A stretch of 64,000 bases of DNA from the human T2T-CHM13v2.0 reference genome, Homo sapiens. Where the stretch lies: the NCBI RefSeq assembly GCF_009914755.1, contig NC_060928.1; one strand, given 5' to 3'. The position numbers and the translations under genes are program-made. Numbering within the stretch: the first letter of the stretch is position 1; every line of letters starts with the position of its first letter. The notes below the pieces were generated by a model. It saw only the letters and a program-made list of their open reading frames with translations, did no database searches and was not told where the DNA came from. Shown here piece after piece: positions 29,371-47,053 of this stretch.

Positions 29371-29992
29371 GAGAAATGCCAAGTGCTTCTTTAGAGTGTT
29401 TGCTCTCCTTCGGTACACTTGCACAGGCCACGGTTAGTACCCGAAGAAAGACACCATTAGTCTGGTTGAGGCTGGAGGGCCTTCTAGCCTCGGCCACAAG
29501 CCCTTAGCCTTTGTGTGGAGCCATGTGCGTGCTCCCCCTCCAGACCTCAGGGAGCACAGGTGCATCTCTGTCCCCAAATGGGAAAGTGGCACTTTACACT
29601 TTCCCATTTGATCCTCACATGTTTAAATAGTTCAGACCAAATACACTTTTTTAGACTTTATATCAGAACTTGTATTTTGCATTATAAAATTGTTTAGAAC
29701 ACATGGGCATCAAGATTTTATTCTTTTCCAAAATTTTTATTGGTTTTCTCAAAAAGAGTTGCTTTCTTGAAGTAATTTCCCCAAATAGTAGATTTTTAAG
29801 ACAGATTTCTTTTTTGTTTTTGAGACAAGGTTTCATTCTGTTGCCCAGGCTGGAGTGCAGTGGCACTATCATGGCTCACTGCAGCCTCCAACTCCTGAGC
29901 TCAAGTGGTCCTCCTGCCTCAGCCTCCCTAGTAGGTGGGCTATAGGCACACACCACTAAGCCTGGCTAATTTTTAACTTTTTTTTTTTGTAG

Positions 29993-30716
<724 letters not shown>

Positions 30717-31039
30717 CTGGTTTTGAACTCCTGGCCTCAAGCAGTCCTCCTGTCTCAGCCTCCTAAAGTGCTGAGATTACAGATGTTAGCACCTAAGCCT
30801 GGCCTAGAATTATTAAAAAAAAATGTACACTCCACAGACATTTGTATACTCAAAAGAAGTTACAGTTCAATAACTTACTTAAGTCAACTTAAAATTGAAT
30901 AATATTCCTAGACGAATAGCTTGAATTGCTTAACAATTGTTTTAAAGCCTTTTAAATTGTAGATATTGATTCATTCAGTGACTAGAGCATTCACCAGTTC
31001 CTGGGATGTGTTCTAGGCACTGAAGTGGAGAACAAGTCA

Positions 31040-31414
<375 letters not shown>

Positions 31415-31504
31415 TTAAAGAAATAAAAATTTCTAATATTTTTAAATGCTGTAAAAATTAAGCACTTGATAGAATAGAGAGCGCTGGGGAGAAATGACAG
31501 AATA

Positions 31505-31740
31505 GCTAACATTTACATTTATTGATCACCGACTATTTTCTAAATGCTTTATTTTTATGATCTAATCTAATCTTTAAGACACCTATACCATTTAGGTATC
31601 ATTATTTTATCCATATACAAATAAGGACCTTAAGGAACAGAAAGATAAATGTTCTCCAGGGATGCCTACTTAATAAGTGATAGAGCCGGGATGTGAACCC
31701 AGGCCCTGGGATGCTAGAAGCAGTGTTTTGGATGACTACT
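31505..31740 (-). mobile_element. MIR SINE
   Basis: aatagctaacattta...attattttatccatatacaaataagga...agagccgggatgtgaacccagg. Confidence 0.6.
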
Positions 31741-32954
31741 CGACAGTACCTCATTTGGGGTGACACTTGACCAATGAGGCAGGTATCCACCAACCAGCAA
31801 TGACAGAGGAGCAGGTGGAAATCAGCTTGCTATGCTGGAGAAACAGAGAGGGTGGCCCATGGGGCTGGGCTTGTTGAGCCAGGAAAGGAGAAGAAGGTGT
31901 GACTGCAGCTGAGGTCAGAAGCAGGCCCAGGCCAGGTCCTGTGGGGCCGTGTGGGATGGTATTCTGCAGAGAGAAGGCATGAGTCTCCAGAAATGTGCAC
32001 TGGGTTGGGGTCGGCAGAAAATTTAGAGAAGTTTAAGAAGCGGGCCTGGCTCCTAAAGAAGCTTATCTCTTACATTAAAATCTCAGGATTAAGTCTAAAC
32101 AGTGAACAAGGATGCATTTAAAACTTTAGTGACTTCTAGCTAGTCATAAAAACCATTTTTATGAATTATCTCACTTTGGCTTAAAGATGTTTTCAGCAAA
32201 GGCTGTCAGTTTCATTGTAATAAAGCATTTAGAATGAACTTCTGAGATTCCAGGTCTTGCTGTGATAAATCTGGCTTTGCAAAGATTTATAAATTTTACT
32301 GCTTATAGATTAATTATGATCTTGAGCACGTTTGTTTCCTTGTGGGTTTACTTTGAATTTGGAAAATAAATTGCATCAAGAGGTAAATTTGCTGGTTATT
32401 GCCAAGTTCTTTTAAAAGGGCTCATTAAACTGAAACGGTGTCTGTGTCTTGCGATGGGTTGAAAGTATTTAGATGCTTTCTGTTCCTGAGGTCGATCATA
32501 TATTTTGCGGTAAAAACCCGGGAAAGTTCGTTATATACAAACTATTTGCTGCAAGGAATTTTAAATGTCTTCAGTCTGCCTAAAATATCACACACAGTGA
32601 TGATCTGGTCACCTTAAAAATAAAATTTTCAGTGTATGAGGTGGGCTTTAACATTAGTTACTTGAAGTTTGGAGATTGTACTTGTATCCTTCTACTTAGT
32701 TTATATATTTGTTAAATAAGTTTTAAACCCTTGTTGCATAGCTGTAGACATGATATGATTTCCAACATTTCTTAATTTGGGGGAAACTAACGATATGGTC
32801 TATAGTTTATCTCAATGAGGAATAAATAGATGTATTGCCAAAGTACAAGCTTTGGATCTAATTTTTTAATTTATAGTATACTATAATAATAGCTAGATCT
32901 GGATTTTTAAGAAGGCCTTCTGTCAAGAGCTTTTAATCCACTTGAATCACAGTA

Positions 32955-33268
<314 letters not shown>

Positions 33269-34281
33269 TCACACTGGCGTGGGATGAGCTGGCTTAAACA
33301 GCTCTTGATAGCTTGGCATCAGTCTCTCTTGATGCGGACCAGTCAGGCTGGACACTACCAAGGGCCAGAGCTGGCGGTGTGTCTTTGAGAATTTGATAAA
33401 TGGATAAATGACTTAGATAAAGAGGTAGAAAGGATTCATCCAAGTCTTTGGGGCCTGAATTAAGTGGGTAAGTTGAGAAAGTGCATGGGACAGTGGGAGA
33501 CCCCATGCTGAGCAGATCCAGGTCTGAATTTGTCCTTATGACATTAACACTTTGGAAGCATACCTCTGTGCTGTAGATTTCACTCTGAAGATGAAAATAA
33601 ACACGATTAAAGACTCCATTTTCCCAATTTATTGTGAAGGCCCTGTAATAATTTTCTAAAGTGACAGCCCATCTGTCAGTGTAAAATGACTTGCTTCTGT
33701 AAGCAGGATGTCACCTCCCCACTCCCCAATAACGTACGTTTGGGAAGCACATGATGTCCCTTAGTCTAGCTCTCTGGCATGGAAGCTGGGGATGCATAGT
33801 GAGTCCAAAATCACCTCCTTCTCATGAATCCGGGAGTCCCTGGAGCTCACGGAGGGCTTCCTGGTGTCTTGAAGGGGTGGAATCCAGTCTGGGGCGCCCC
33901 ATCTTCCTGCCGCCTGCGGTTGCTGCAGCCTTCTGTCTTCACTGTGAACCCCGGGATACTGCGGCGGTGCTGGCTGGAAGGCTGGCTTCCCAGAGCAGTG
34001 ACCCGCTGTGGCCTGCTTCCTGAGAGCTCTGCGTGTGACAGCATTTCCTTCTGTCTCAGCCTCTGCCAGCGCTGTGTCAGGTGCCTCCCTTCTTCCCCCG
34101 ACCCCCACTTTCCCTCCAGGATTTGGACTATTTTTTCTTTTCAAACCATTGCAACAAAAGGTTATGATGACACCTCTGCCTTTCTACTTCTAAATAAGGT
34201 CCGCCGCCGTCCAAATTTTGAGGAAACAAACATTTATGTGTTCGTGTTCAGGACGGTAGGGCCCAGGACATGCCCTTGTAA

Positions 34282-34699
<418 letters not shown>

Positions 34700-36220
34700 T
34701 CTGACACTTTCATGCTGAAAAAGGGAGGAGAACTTCTCCATATTTAGAGGGGCACCACGGTGGATATGATTTCCAAAACAAATTTTATTATGGACAGCAG
34801 TCCCCAGGCCTTCTGGTGTGACCCCTTTGGGATGCTTTCCACTCTTGGGACAGTCCTGCAGTCCTTGCAAACCACCTGTCAGCCTAAGGCGCCAGTGAGC
34901 CTGCCCGAGCCGCCAGGGTTTGCAGCCTCTCTGGCCACCGTGTCTCATCGCCTTCCCTCTTTGTCATTTGGCTTTGGGTGACACCTTCTCTAGGGAACAC
35001 TTGCGCTTTATCTCTGCGGCCTTCACAGCCCCACACCCCACACCCACCCCACTCCCAGCTCAGCTTCTTAATCCTGCCTGCTTGTTTGGCAGCCCTGGTG
35101 GGTGGATGGAGCTGGAAGAGGCTGAGCTGGGGGAGGTGGGGTAGGCAGGTGAGGGCCCAGGGTGCTCTTGAAGCAGTGGGCTGTCAGCAGGGAGATGGGA
35201 GCATGGGAGACGGCCCAGATGCATGACTGGGAGCTGAAAAAAGGCGAGGGAGAAGATAGAGGAAGAGGAGGTGTGAGGGGAGCAGCTGCCTGCTGTCCGT
35301 GAGGCTGCAGCGGAAGGCTCTTGCTGGGAATCAGGCCGCTTTCTTTGTGGATTTATCTACCCAACAGGCCTGCGGGGCGGGCTGAGCTCTCCCAGCCAAT
35401 TTCGCCAAGGCCAGGAGGAGGACTAAGGGATCAGCGCGGGTTCCCGTAGCAGATGGACCCCACATTACACCTGCTGGGTGAAAAGAACTGTCCAGTCTGG
35501 ACGAATCACTTTGGTTTTTCCTTTTTAAATCTCTGTTCTCTGGTCAATAAACCAGACTCTCCTGGACTCTTCCTGAGGAAGTGAAAGGAGGATACAGCTC
35601 AGTGAACTCTGCGGCGCTTCTGGAAAGAAATCCAGTTCTCTATCTCATCGGTTAGGGTTACATCTCTCCTGTAGTCTTGTTACAGCGCCACCATTCATTC
35701 CAATCCTCGCCTGACTCCCTCCAGCAGTGCCTCTGGGCTCCAGGTTCTCCTGACCGGTCACTTCCCCTCTGTCCTGGGTTGGTCGTGATAGGCTGGGAAA
35801 GCCTTGGAAGGCCTGCTCACTTTGGAGTTAATATAGAACCGCAGAGACGGGAAGCATCCTTTGTTTTTTGTTTTGGGGGACTTTGTGACTAGCATAATTT
35901 GTCTAGGTTGATCACTTTCCTTTCATCAGAGCCTGGTTATTAATTTGTAACAAAAAGTTTGTCCAAGGAAAGTCTTTAATCGTTAGTAGACTGTGAGGTA
36001 ATGTAGAAAATGCAGAAAGCAGTACGTTTTAAATATAGGAAATGCAGTAATGTAGAAAAACAAAAGCAGTACTTTAGACACTGTCTGTTCCCAGATAATA
36101 ATGGTTACTCTAGCATCTTTGTTTCATTTTTACCTGTATCTTTAGCATTTCCTCTTATATTGAAAAAGGAACATTCTAGAAGACAGTCTTTATGCTATAT
36201 ACTTCTTCATTCTGTTAGAT

Positions 36221-36365
36221 CAGGGGTGTCCAATCTTTTGGCTTCCCTGGGCCACATAGGAAGAAGAATTGTCTTGGGCTACACATAAAATACACTGACA
36301 CTAATGGTAGCTGATGAGCTAAAAAAAATGGCAAAAAAAATCTCATACTGTTTTAAGAAACTTTA
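36221..36365 (+). mobile_element. MER30 fragment (hAT-Charlie)
   Basis: caggggtgtccaatcttttggcttccctgggccac...ggaagaagaattgtcttggg. Confidence 0.8.
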
Positions 36366-36502
36366 AGACACTGGGGGTCTTGATTGCTTTGAATTGTTTT
36401 TCTAGGGGTAGTGATGAATTTGTACTAAAGTTTTCATCTGTACGCATTGTAAACAATAGGACATGCTTGAATTTTGTGGAATTTGGATACGAATTAGAGC
36501 TG

Positions 36503-37123
<621 letters not shown>

Positions 37124-37739
37124 CTGACTTTTATTTTTTAAGTCAACTCTCCACTTTTGGAGAAATACAGAGATTTGTGTTTTGATTATGTACTTGACTT
37201 TCTAGAAGCCAAAACAGAAAAACATACAGACTTTCAACATTACCGTTGTATCTTTTCCTTTAGTACACTTATTTTGCATTTGCTATTTTTGATAAAATGT
37301 TTTAAGTGCTGTTTCCCTCTGAAATACTTTTTAAAAGTTGAATTATGAGCATCTTTTATTCTCCAAAAAATTATAGATAGGTTTTTCTATGGAAGACTGT
37401 GAAATGTCAGCTTTTTGTAAATCACTAACAGTAAACTGAATTCATAGAGCATAACTCTCGAATGTTCACTGCCATTTTTACCTATGAAGAATTAACTTGT
37501 TTGGTGGTTTCCTTTTGACCTTGTAACTACAGTACTGCTCTGCATGGATAAATAAACCCGGATTCTCTACCCTTGACCCTAAGGAGGAGTAGTGGGGACA
37601 GAGGTAAGTGTAGCTGCCACCTTGCAGTTGCAGGGAGGGACTGGTGTAGGAATGAGTTGGTAAAATGCTCACTTTCTGGCCCAGAAACCTCCTTCATTGT
37701 GTATCTGGACCAGGGACTGTTGAGGATGCTTCTGCCCTA

Positions 37740-38582
37740 GGTTAAAGAAAAAATTATTTAATGTTACTTTTAAAGTACTGTGAGGAAGGCTTTATCAGGA
37801 CCACCATGGTAGGTACAGGAAGCAGTGCAACAAGGTTTTGCAGTAGGGGAGAGAAATTAGGCTCAACTCCAAACACAGCATGGGCAAGTGGCAATTCATT
37901 GCCAAAGAAAGAGCTGGGTGGAAGTCAGTGGCTGGAAAATTACTACCAAGAAACATCAGGGGTGCTGTGGTTTAAATGTGTTCCCCAAAGTTCGTATCTT
38001 GGAATCTAATCCCCAGTGCAACAGCGTTGACAGGTGGGAACTGTAAGAGGTGATTAGGCAATGAGTCCTTTGCCCTCATCAATGGATTAATGCTGTTATC
38101 TTGGGAGTGGGTTCTGGATAAATGGATGAATTGCCTGCACCCTCACCCCCACCCCCACCCCATGCAATGGCTTCTCCCATGTTGTGGCACAGCAGGGGGC
38201 CCTCACAAAATTCAGCCCCTTGATTTTGGACTTCCCAGCCTCCAGAACCATAAGCCAGATATACTTCTGTTGTTCATAAATTAACCAATCTGTGGTATTC
38301 TGTTATAGCAGCACAACATGGACTAAGACAAGGCACGAGGGGATTTCTGGCTAAACCTACCTAATAGAATTCTTGCTGAAGACAGGCCAGGGTGATCAGA
38401 CAGCACGTCGGGGGTGGTGGGGGATGAGAAACCTGATCAGATATCAAGGATTGGGGTTCTTGTCAAACCGATTTAGTGCAGGGTTCTTTTGCTAAAGTGA
38501 TTTTACAAGGAAGTGTACAGATGGGCCTACGAGAAGGTTCAAGAGACTGACTACAGTTTGGCCAAGCAGAGAATCTTTGTCA
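37740..38582 (-). mobile_element. ERV1 LTR (MER31/MER67-like) split by a MaLR LTR
   Basis: gttaaagaaaaaattatt...gagagaaattaggctcaactcc...ttcttgctgaagacaggccagggtgatcaga...agagaatctttgtca. Confidence 0.6.
37963..38330 (+). mobile_element. MST/MLT1A-type MaLR LTR
   Basis: tgctgtggtttaaatgtgttccccaaag...ttggacttcccagcctccagaacc...ggactaagaca. Confidence 0.8.
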
Positions 38583-39355
38583 CTGACCAAGTTTCAAAGG
38601 ACGGGGAGGGGTGATAGATGGTACATGGGGACTGACACCCGTTTATTCTTAGGAGACTACATCAGTTGGTTTGGAAATTGGAATTGTTTTTGTTTGTTTC
38701 CAGTTTATATTGTGTTAAGTCTATGTTAGATCCAGAATTCAAAAGCAGAAAGGTGAGAAATGTGGGCATTGCTATGGAGTTAAACTGGCTCACAGAACAA
38801 GCGGCTCCCTCAGGCAATCCTAGGAACAGATTTTCAGACGTTACAAGCACCAGGTATTTGATCCAGGCCTAAAGTATGAAGCGCCATGCTGTTCCTTTGG
38901 GTGACAAGTTTTGGTTTTTGTCACATGCTTCTCCTGTTTTAAATCTTCCATCTCCTTCATGTGGAAGAGATTGTTTATGTTTAAAACTGCTTATGCCAAA
39001 TCAAGAAGTAAATAAAAGCAGGAAGGGGAATAGAAGCTGCTTATAGCAGCAAATCTTTAGTTTGAAGAAGTCCATGAAGACAGATTCACATGGAAATTGT
39101 TGATGGTGTTAATTCAGTGATATGTGACTAATTAGAAAATGTTTCCTGTGAAAAAAGTTTAATTCATGAATAGTTTTTTCCTCTCCTCTCTTTCTTCTTT
39201 TAAAAATGAATACTTTAGATATGTCTTTGACACTATGGAAGAGATAAGGTTCAGAAAGCTCCAAAATTTCTTTGTTTTCTTAAAATAATATCAGTTTCTT
39301 TTATTCTTAAGTGTGAGCCCATTTCTTATAAAATGACCTAGTGAGAAAGCCTGGA

Positions 39356-39689
<334 letters not shown>

Positions 39690-40432
39690 TAGCTATATTT
39701 GCAGTTAAAATGTGAAATCATATTTAGCCAGCAAATTTGCATGTAATTTGAATAAACTATAACTTTAAATTTACTTTAAATGTACTCAAACTGATGATTA
39801 ATTGATAAAGTTGCATTGTGCTTAATACCTTTAAAAATGTCTATGCAATTTAAGGGTTTTTAGATTTGTTTAAAAAAGTGCTAAAATCAGTATTAAATTT
39901 TTAAATGATTTTTTCTTCCCTCATTAAAATTTCTGGAAGTTTATTAGTAGAAACTCAGTTACGTGCTGATAGAATATGCATTACAGTTGTTTCTAAAGAG
40001 CAGCTCAACATGAATTGGTGAGTTCACATCATTTCTGTGACTACTTGTGAGGACTGACTTTTCAGAATATAAATCTGTACTGCCCAGTCTAAGGATCGAG
40101 AGTGTGATCTAATAAAAAAAATGCTTTTACTTTCAAGGAGGGATTTAGAGTGTGTGCAGTTGTGTAGAGAGAATGTGAATGATTTTCTCTAAGCCCTGAC
40201 CCCATGTACTCAAAAGTTCTGAACTCTAATGAATGAATGCAGCCCTTTGTAACACTGCTAACATATTTAATTTTCCAAGTATGTAGGTCATTGTGCTGAT
40301 TTTGTTCTCATACCAAAAAGATTGTCCAAGCATTTCAATGAAGATATTTCACACACTGCCTTCTCAAGTCATAAAAGTTGAAAATGATTACCATTTATGT
40401 GATCAATTATTTAAAAAAATAATTTGCATTTA

Positions 40433-41015
<583 letters not shown>

Positions 41016-42414
41016 TGTGTTCTACTTGCTTATGTTAGCAGGACACTTTGAATGTGTCTTTCCCATTAGATTGTAATTCCTTTGAGGGTGGAGACTATAA
41101 ACTTCAGTTTATATTTTCGAGCTCAGTTTTCTATGTAATGTGGATCTATAAGTATTACATAAATATCCTCACAGGTAGAGTCAATGCTAATTGGCGGCTG
41201 GTAGTAATTTCTAAACTACCATTTTAACACTGGGGGAAAAACACTCAGTACTGACAAGGGTAAAATAAATCTGATACCTTAATGTGCTGCCAGTGAAATT
41301 ATAAGTTGAAAAAACTCTTCTTTGGAAAGTATCTTGGCAGTCTGTATGAGAAAGCCATCTAAATGTTCATATAGTTTGATGTAGTAATTTTATTTCTGGG
41401 GCTATCTCTAAGATAATATTGCAAAATTTTGGAATATTTGTAATATTGTCTTAGAGATAGTCCTAGAAATAGAGTTACTGCATCTTACATTTTGTAGAGA
41501 GCTATATGTAGGAAGCTATTCATTACACAATTTTTAAGGAAGAAAAATTGCATATAATCTAAATGCCACGAATGGAAAATATTAGGTAAATTATGGTTCT
41601 TTATATTGGATGGAATAGTATATAGCCGTTAAAATATCTATGAAGGTTATGAAGCAACATAGAAAAGTGCTTATGATATATAATGTCACTTAGAAACACA
41701 TGGAATATTTCACAACAATACAAATTAGAACAGAATCTTAAACCAGATGCTTAGGGAAGATGGGAAAGAATAACAATAATTACTGTATATTGAGTAATTA
41801 TTATGTTTTAGGGACTTTGCCGAGTAATTTTCTCACTTAATTTTTATAAATGGCTCTTGGTTTGTTCATTTTGCGGACAAAGACACTGAGCTTAGAGAGG
41901 TTGTGTAATCTTGCTCAGCCATGTTGAGTGATGGGACTGCATCGGGACCAGGTCTGCCTGTGGGATCCAGGGTCCGTGCTTGAAACTGGTAATTTGCAAA
42001 TTTTTCTGTGTGTCAGAATCATCTGAGAACTTTAAATAGATAAATGAGTGAGCAAACAAATACATGCCCCGTGGCCCACCTCCTGAATTAGTCACCTGGC
42101 AGACAACCAGAGCCTGGCACGGTTTACACCAAGCCAGGGTCTAGTGCCAGCCTGTGGCCAGCATTTAGGACCCTCTGCACATTCCGTTTGTTGGGTACAA
42201 CACAAATATTAAAATACATACAAAAATACACAAATATTAATACTGTGAATATTAATAGTGGTTGGATTTGGGTTAGAGAACTAAGTGATTTTAGTCTTTT
42301 TTCTTCATTTTCAGATTTTCTTTAGCGATAAATGATGTTACTTTGAGTATAAAGATTTAGTAAAAAGAAAATTGAATAAAAGATTTGATTTAGAGTCCTT
42401 CTTTTGGGGGGAAT

Positions 42415-42712
42415 ATTTTATTTTATTTTATTTTATTTTTTTTCAAGACAAGGTTTCGCTCTGTTGCCCACGCTGGAGTGCAGCAGTGTGATCATAGCTT
42501 GCTGTGGCTGCCTGGCTCAGGTGATCCTCTGACCTCAGCCTCCCGAGTGGCTGGGACTGTAGGTGTCCACCACCATGCCCAGCTAATTTTTTTTTTTTAT
42601 TTTAATAGAGAAGGAGTCTTGCTATATTGCCAGGCTGGTCTCCAACTCAAGCGATCCTCCCGTCTCAGCCTCCCAATGTGCTGGGATTATAGGTGTGGAC
42701 CACTGTGGGCCT
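42415..42712 (-). mobile_element. AluJ
   Basis: (TTTTA)n tail plus diverged dimer. Confidence 0.85.
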
Positions 42713-43669
42713 GTGTTGTTGCTTTAAAAAACCCACTGTGAAGATGCATAAGTGGGGAAATGGAATTGTAGTCAAAAGAGGCTTAATCTTAGCAAAATAC
42801 TATAAAATGTATCAGTCTAATGATGATGACACTTAATAGCATATATTAAATTTATTTCAGTTACAACATTGCTTTAGAAATTAAAATGAACTATAGATTT
42901 TTAATAAATGATATATTAATTATATCTCAATTTAAAAATAAAATAAAATAAATTGGACAATTACAAAAAGCCAGTGAGATTGGCCTGTTTAGCTCTTTGA
43001 CAAGCAAGAGAGAAAACTATAATTGCAGAACATTTTTGTTGTGAAGGAAGGGGAATAAAATTCTTTTACTCATAGTTGAGAAGAAACAGAGTGAAGTGAG
43101 ATATTAATTACAGGACACAGTGGACTTTATTGTTACTGTTCAACCTTGTGGTCCTCAGCATGGGTAGGTAAACACGAGATCTTTTGAATGAGGTCTCTCG
43201 AACACTGCATGGGCAACAAATGCGATACCTTAAATAAGGTATAAATGATGTTGAAAAGTGTCTATTTTCAGGAAGGCAGAGGAAAATGTCAAACTTTAGA
43301 CAACTTGTGTGTGTATTTTTTTAAAATCAACCACTTATTTTTATATTATTGATACTATTGACATGAAATGATAAAAAATCTTGCATACGTGGTTGGACAC
43401 CTGGAGTAACCTTAGCATCCAGTGTCCAACAGTACATTATTGTAACATCTTCCTCACTTTGCAGGCCTGCCAAATTTCAGAATTCCTGGGTCAATTTGGA
43501 AGAAAACCAAATCGATTCGTAAGGAATAACCAGCGATTTCATGAGTGATTCATGTGGACATGAATGTATATTGTGAAGAGTAAGAGGAATATTGGATATA
43601 TTTTTAAAAGCTGAGCAGTGGTGCCAGTTAGCCTTAGTCATAAAAGTCTTATTTTAAAAATGGTGACGT

Positions 43670-44099
43670 CAATAGCAAGGTCATGGAATCAACACAAGTG
43701 CCCATCAACAGTGGATTAGATAAAGCATGGAATACTATGCAGCCATAAACAAGAATGAAATCATGTCCTTTGCAGCAACTTGGATGCAGCTGGAGGCCAT
43801 TATCCTAAGTAAATTAATGCAGAAACAGAAAGTTAATATCATATGTTCTCACTTATAAGCGGGAGCAAAACAATGGGTACACATGCACATAAAAATCGGA
43901 ACAGTAGACATCAGATACCCTAAAAGGAGGGAGGAGGAGGGGGAAGGGTGGAAACACCACCTATTGAGTACTGTATTCACTATTTGGGTGATGGGTTCAC
44001 CAGAAGCTCAAACTTCAGCATTACATGATATATCTGTGTAACAAATCTGCACATGCATCCCCTGAATATAAAATTTAAAAAAAAAATTCAAAAAAATTT
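43670..44099 (+). mobile_element. 5'-truncated L1 (L1PB/L1MA-type) 3' end
   Basis: catggaatactatgcagccataaa, gttctcacttataag, ctgcacatgcatcccctgaa then A-tail; TSD aaatggtgacgt / aaatggtgaagt. Confidence 0.85.
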
Positions 44100-45504
44100 A
44101 AATGGTGAAGTGTATTCATTTATTTTGGAAACATCACTTTTCTTCCACACATGAGATGGAATGGAACTGGAACACATTATCGAAATCCACAAAAGCTGTG
44201 AAAATTTTATATTAAATAATCCTGTAACTTGAAAAGATTTTAAAAAGTCCTCATTAAAGATAGGCTCATGAAAATTAGCGTATTTTTGTGTCTGCCAAAA
44301 CTTCTTTGCAGAGGAAATGGGGATGAAATTCCAGATGATGTCTTTGTCTAACTGTACGGGCAAGGGCTGCATTGGCTGAATTGATGACTTCGCTGAAGCT
44401 ATTGAATTTCTAGTGTTGCCTCAGATCACGTCATCATTTTTGCTGTGAGCTCTGATAGTTGCAATTGTGTTCAACTCCTGGTGAGTGCAGCACATGCCTC
44501 AAGTCATGAGAGATGGAAAAGGACTACTGTTTTCTGCAGGTAGGTGGCCACCACTAAAGCTTTGAAATGGTGTCCACATTCTTGGAAGCTAGTGAACTGA
44601 AGCAAAGAGGAAAAGAACCCTCCAACTATTTTGGGGGCTGATCTGTGTCATTCATAAAAGAATGGCTTTCAAAACTGCTTAGTAATCTAGGGGAAAACCT
44701 CAGTCCTTACCAACAAGATGGTTCACTGGGTTCAAAAGAACGTGCCACACACCCGGAGGCGTGCCTTGCTTTGCAACCCTTTGCATGCTGGCTGCAGGGT
44801 CCGTCCTTTGCTGGCGATCAGTGGGAAGTATGGTTGCCAGACTATGAGCTGAAAGACATAGTAGCCCTATTTTTGGATCGCCAGGGAAAAAATCAAATTG
44901 TTTGTACTTAAGAAAAGTCCTCAGGTGGAGCATTGTGTATTTGGTAGAAAGACTGGAAACTCCAAATACACAGAAATAGAAATTTCAAGGGATAAAAACA
45001 AACATTATAGTTCATGCATTTATAAACAGGTTTTAAAATAATTATAAGCCACCAATTTGATGACACTCTCAAGACTTCGTGAGAGTGACTTTTGAGAAGT
45101 TACATCTCATCCAGTTTAGGTGAATTCAGGTCACCTACTCTTGACATGAGTAGAGATTTGCCTTTGTGACTTGTGAGGAGAGACCTTTTCTCACCGATGG
45201 TATTGAAAAGAGAACTCCAAGCGAGGTTTGGGAAGAGGAATTTGATTCAGGTGCCAGATATACTTTACAGATCACTGTGGTTATCTTACATTAAAACAAG
45301 CAAATGTGCATCTTCAGGTATTATCTTATTTCTTTCACTCACAGACATTTGCTGCACTGTTCTCCCCACCTCACGCAGCAGAACACTTGGGTATGAAGTA
45401 ACTATCACTGTACTTTCGGTGAGCAAGCACCCTCAGCATTAAAAAAAATTACATGACAAGAAAAAATATGTATGTTTCAAGGCGACTATAAATATTTTTC
45501 TTTT

Positions 45505-47053
45505 TTTCTTTTCTTTTTTTTTTAGTATAATTTTTTTTTTTAATTGATCATTCTTGGGTGTTTCTCGCAGAGGGGGACTTGGCAGGGTCATAGGACAACA
45601 GTGGAGGGAAGGTCAGCAGATAAACAAGTGAACAAAGGTCTCTGGTTTTCCTAGGCAGAGGACCCTGCGGCCTTCCTCAGTGTTTGTGTCCCTGGGTACT
45701 TGAGATTAGGGAGTGGTGATGACTCTTAACGAGCATGCTGCCTTCAAGCATCTGTTTAACAAAGCACATCTTGCACCGCCCTTAATCCATTCAACCCTGA
45801 GTGGACACAGCACATGTTTCAGAGAGCACAGGTGTTGGAGGTAAGGTCACAGATCAACAGGATCCCAAGGCAGAAGAATTTTTCTTAGTACACAACAAAA
45901 TGGAGTCTCCTATGTCTACTTCCTTCTACACAGACACAGCAACAATCTGATTTCTCTATCTTTTCCCCACATTTCCCCCTTTTCTATTCGACAAAACCGC
46001 CATCGTCATCATGGCCCGTTCTCAATGAGCTGTTGAGTACACCTCCCAGACGGGGTGGCGGCCGGGCAGAGGGGCCCCTCACTTCCCAGAAGGGGCGGCC
46101 GGGCAGAGGCGCCCCCCACCTCCCGGACGGGGTAGCCGGCTGGGCGGGGGCTGACTCCCCACCTCCCTCCTGGACAGGGCGGCTGCTGGGCGGAGACGCT
46201 CCCCACCTCCCAGACGGGGTGGCTGCCGGGCGGAGGGGCTCCTCACCTCCCAGACGGGGTCGCGACCGGGCAGAGGCGCTCCTCACATCCCAGACGGGGT
46301 GGTGGGGCAGAGGCGCGCGTCACTTCCTAGATGGGATGGCGGCCGGGAAGAGGCGGTCCTCACTTCCCAGACTGGGCAGCGGGGCAGAGGGGCTCCTCAC
46401 ATCTCAGACGATGGGTGGCCGGGCAGAGACCCTCCTCACTTCCTAGATGGGATGGCGGCTGGGCAGAGACGCTCCTCACTTTCCAGACTGGGCAGCCAGG
46501 CAGAGGGGCTCCTCACATCCCAGACGATGGGCGGCCAGGCAGAGACGCTCCTCACTTCCCAGAGGGGGTGGCAGCCAGGCAGAGGCTGCAATCTTGGCAC
46601 TTTGGGAGGCCAAGGCAGGGGGCTGGGAGGTGGAGGTTGTAGAGAGCCGAGATCACGCCGCTGCACTCCAGCCTGGGCAACATTGAGCACTGAGTGAACG
46701 AGACTCCATCTGCAATCCCGGCACCTCGGGAGGCCGAGGCTAGCAGATCACTCCCGGTTAGGAGCTGGAGACCAGCCCGGCCAACACAGCGAAACCCCGT
46801 CTCCACCAAAAAAATACGAAAACCAGTCAGGCATGGCGGCGCGCGCCCACAATCGCAGGCACTGGGCAGGTTGAGGCAGGAGAATCAGGCAGGGAGGTTG
46901 CAGTGAGCAGAGATGGTGGCAGTACAGTCCTGCTTCGGCTGGGCATCAGAGGGAGACCGTGGAAAGAGAGGGAGAGGGAGACTGTGGGGAGAGGGAGAGG
47001 GGGAGGGGGAGGGAGAGGGAGAGTGGGAGGGGGAGGGGGAGGAGGGAGAGGCG
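45505..47053 (-). mobile_element. Full-length SVA retrotransposon, antisense to the host gene
   Basis: Poly-T 45505-45541, SINE-R to ~46040, VNTR ~46040-46580, Alu-like ~46580-46960, (AGAGGG)n hexamer ~46961-47050; TSD aaatatttttctttt at 45490-45504 and 47054-47068. Confidence 0.96.

Noticed and set aside
44645-44911. 88-aa ORF with plausible composition in unique DNA
   Set aside because: GTG start, no family match I can recognise and no convincing splice signals
46040-46580. Regularly spaced ~35-50 bp repeats resembling an array
   Set aside because: SVA VNTR; no unique spacers and eukaryotic context, so not CRISPR-like
45984-46906. Cluster of 65-137 aa ORFs
   Set aside because: All lie inside the SVA VNTR and Alu-like region
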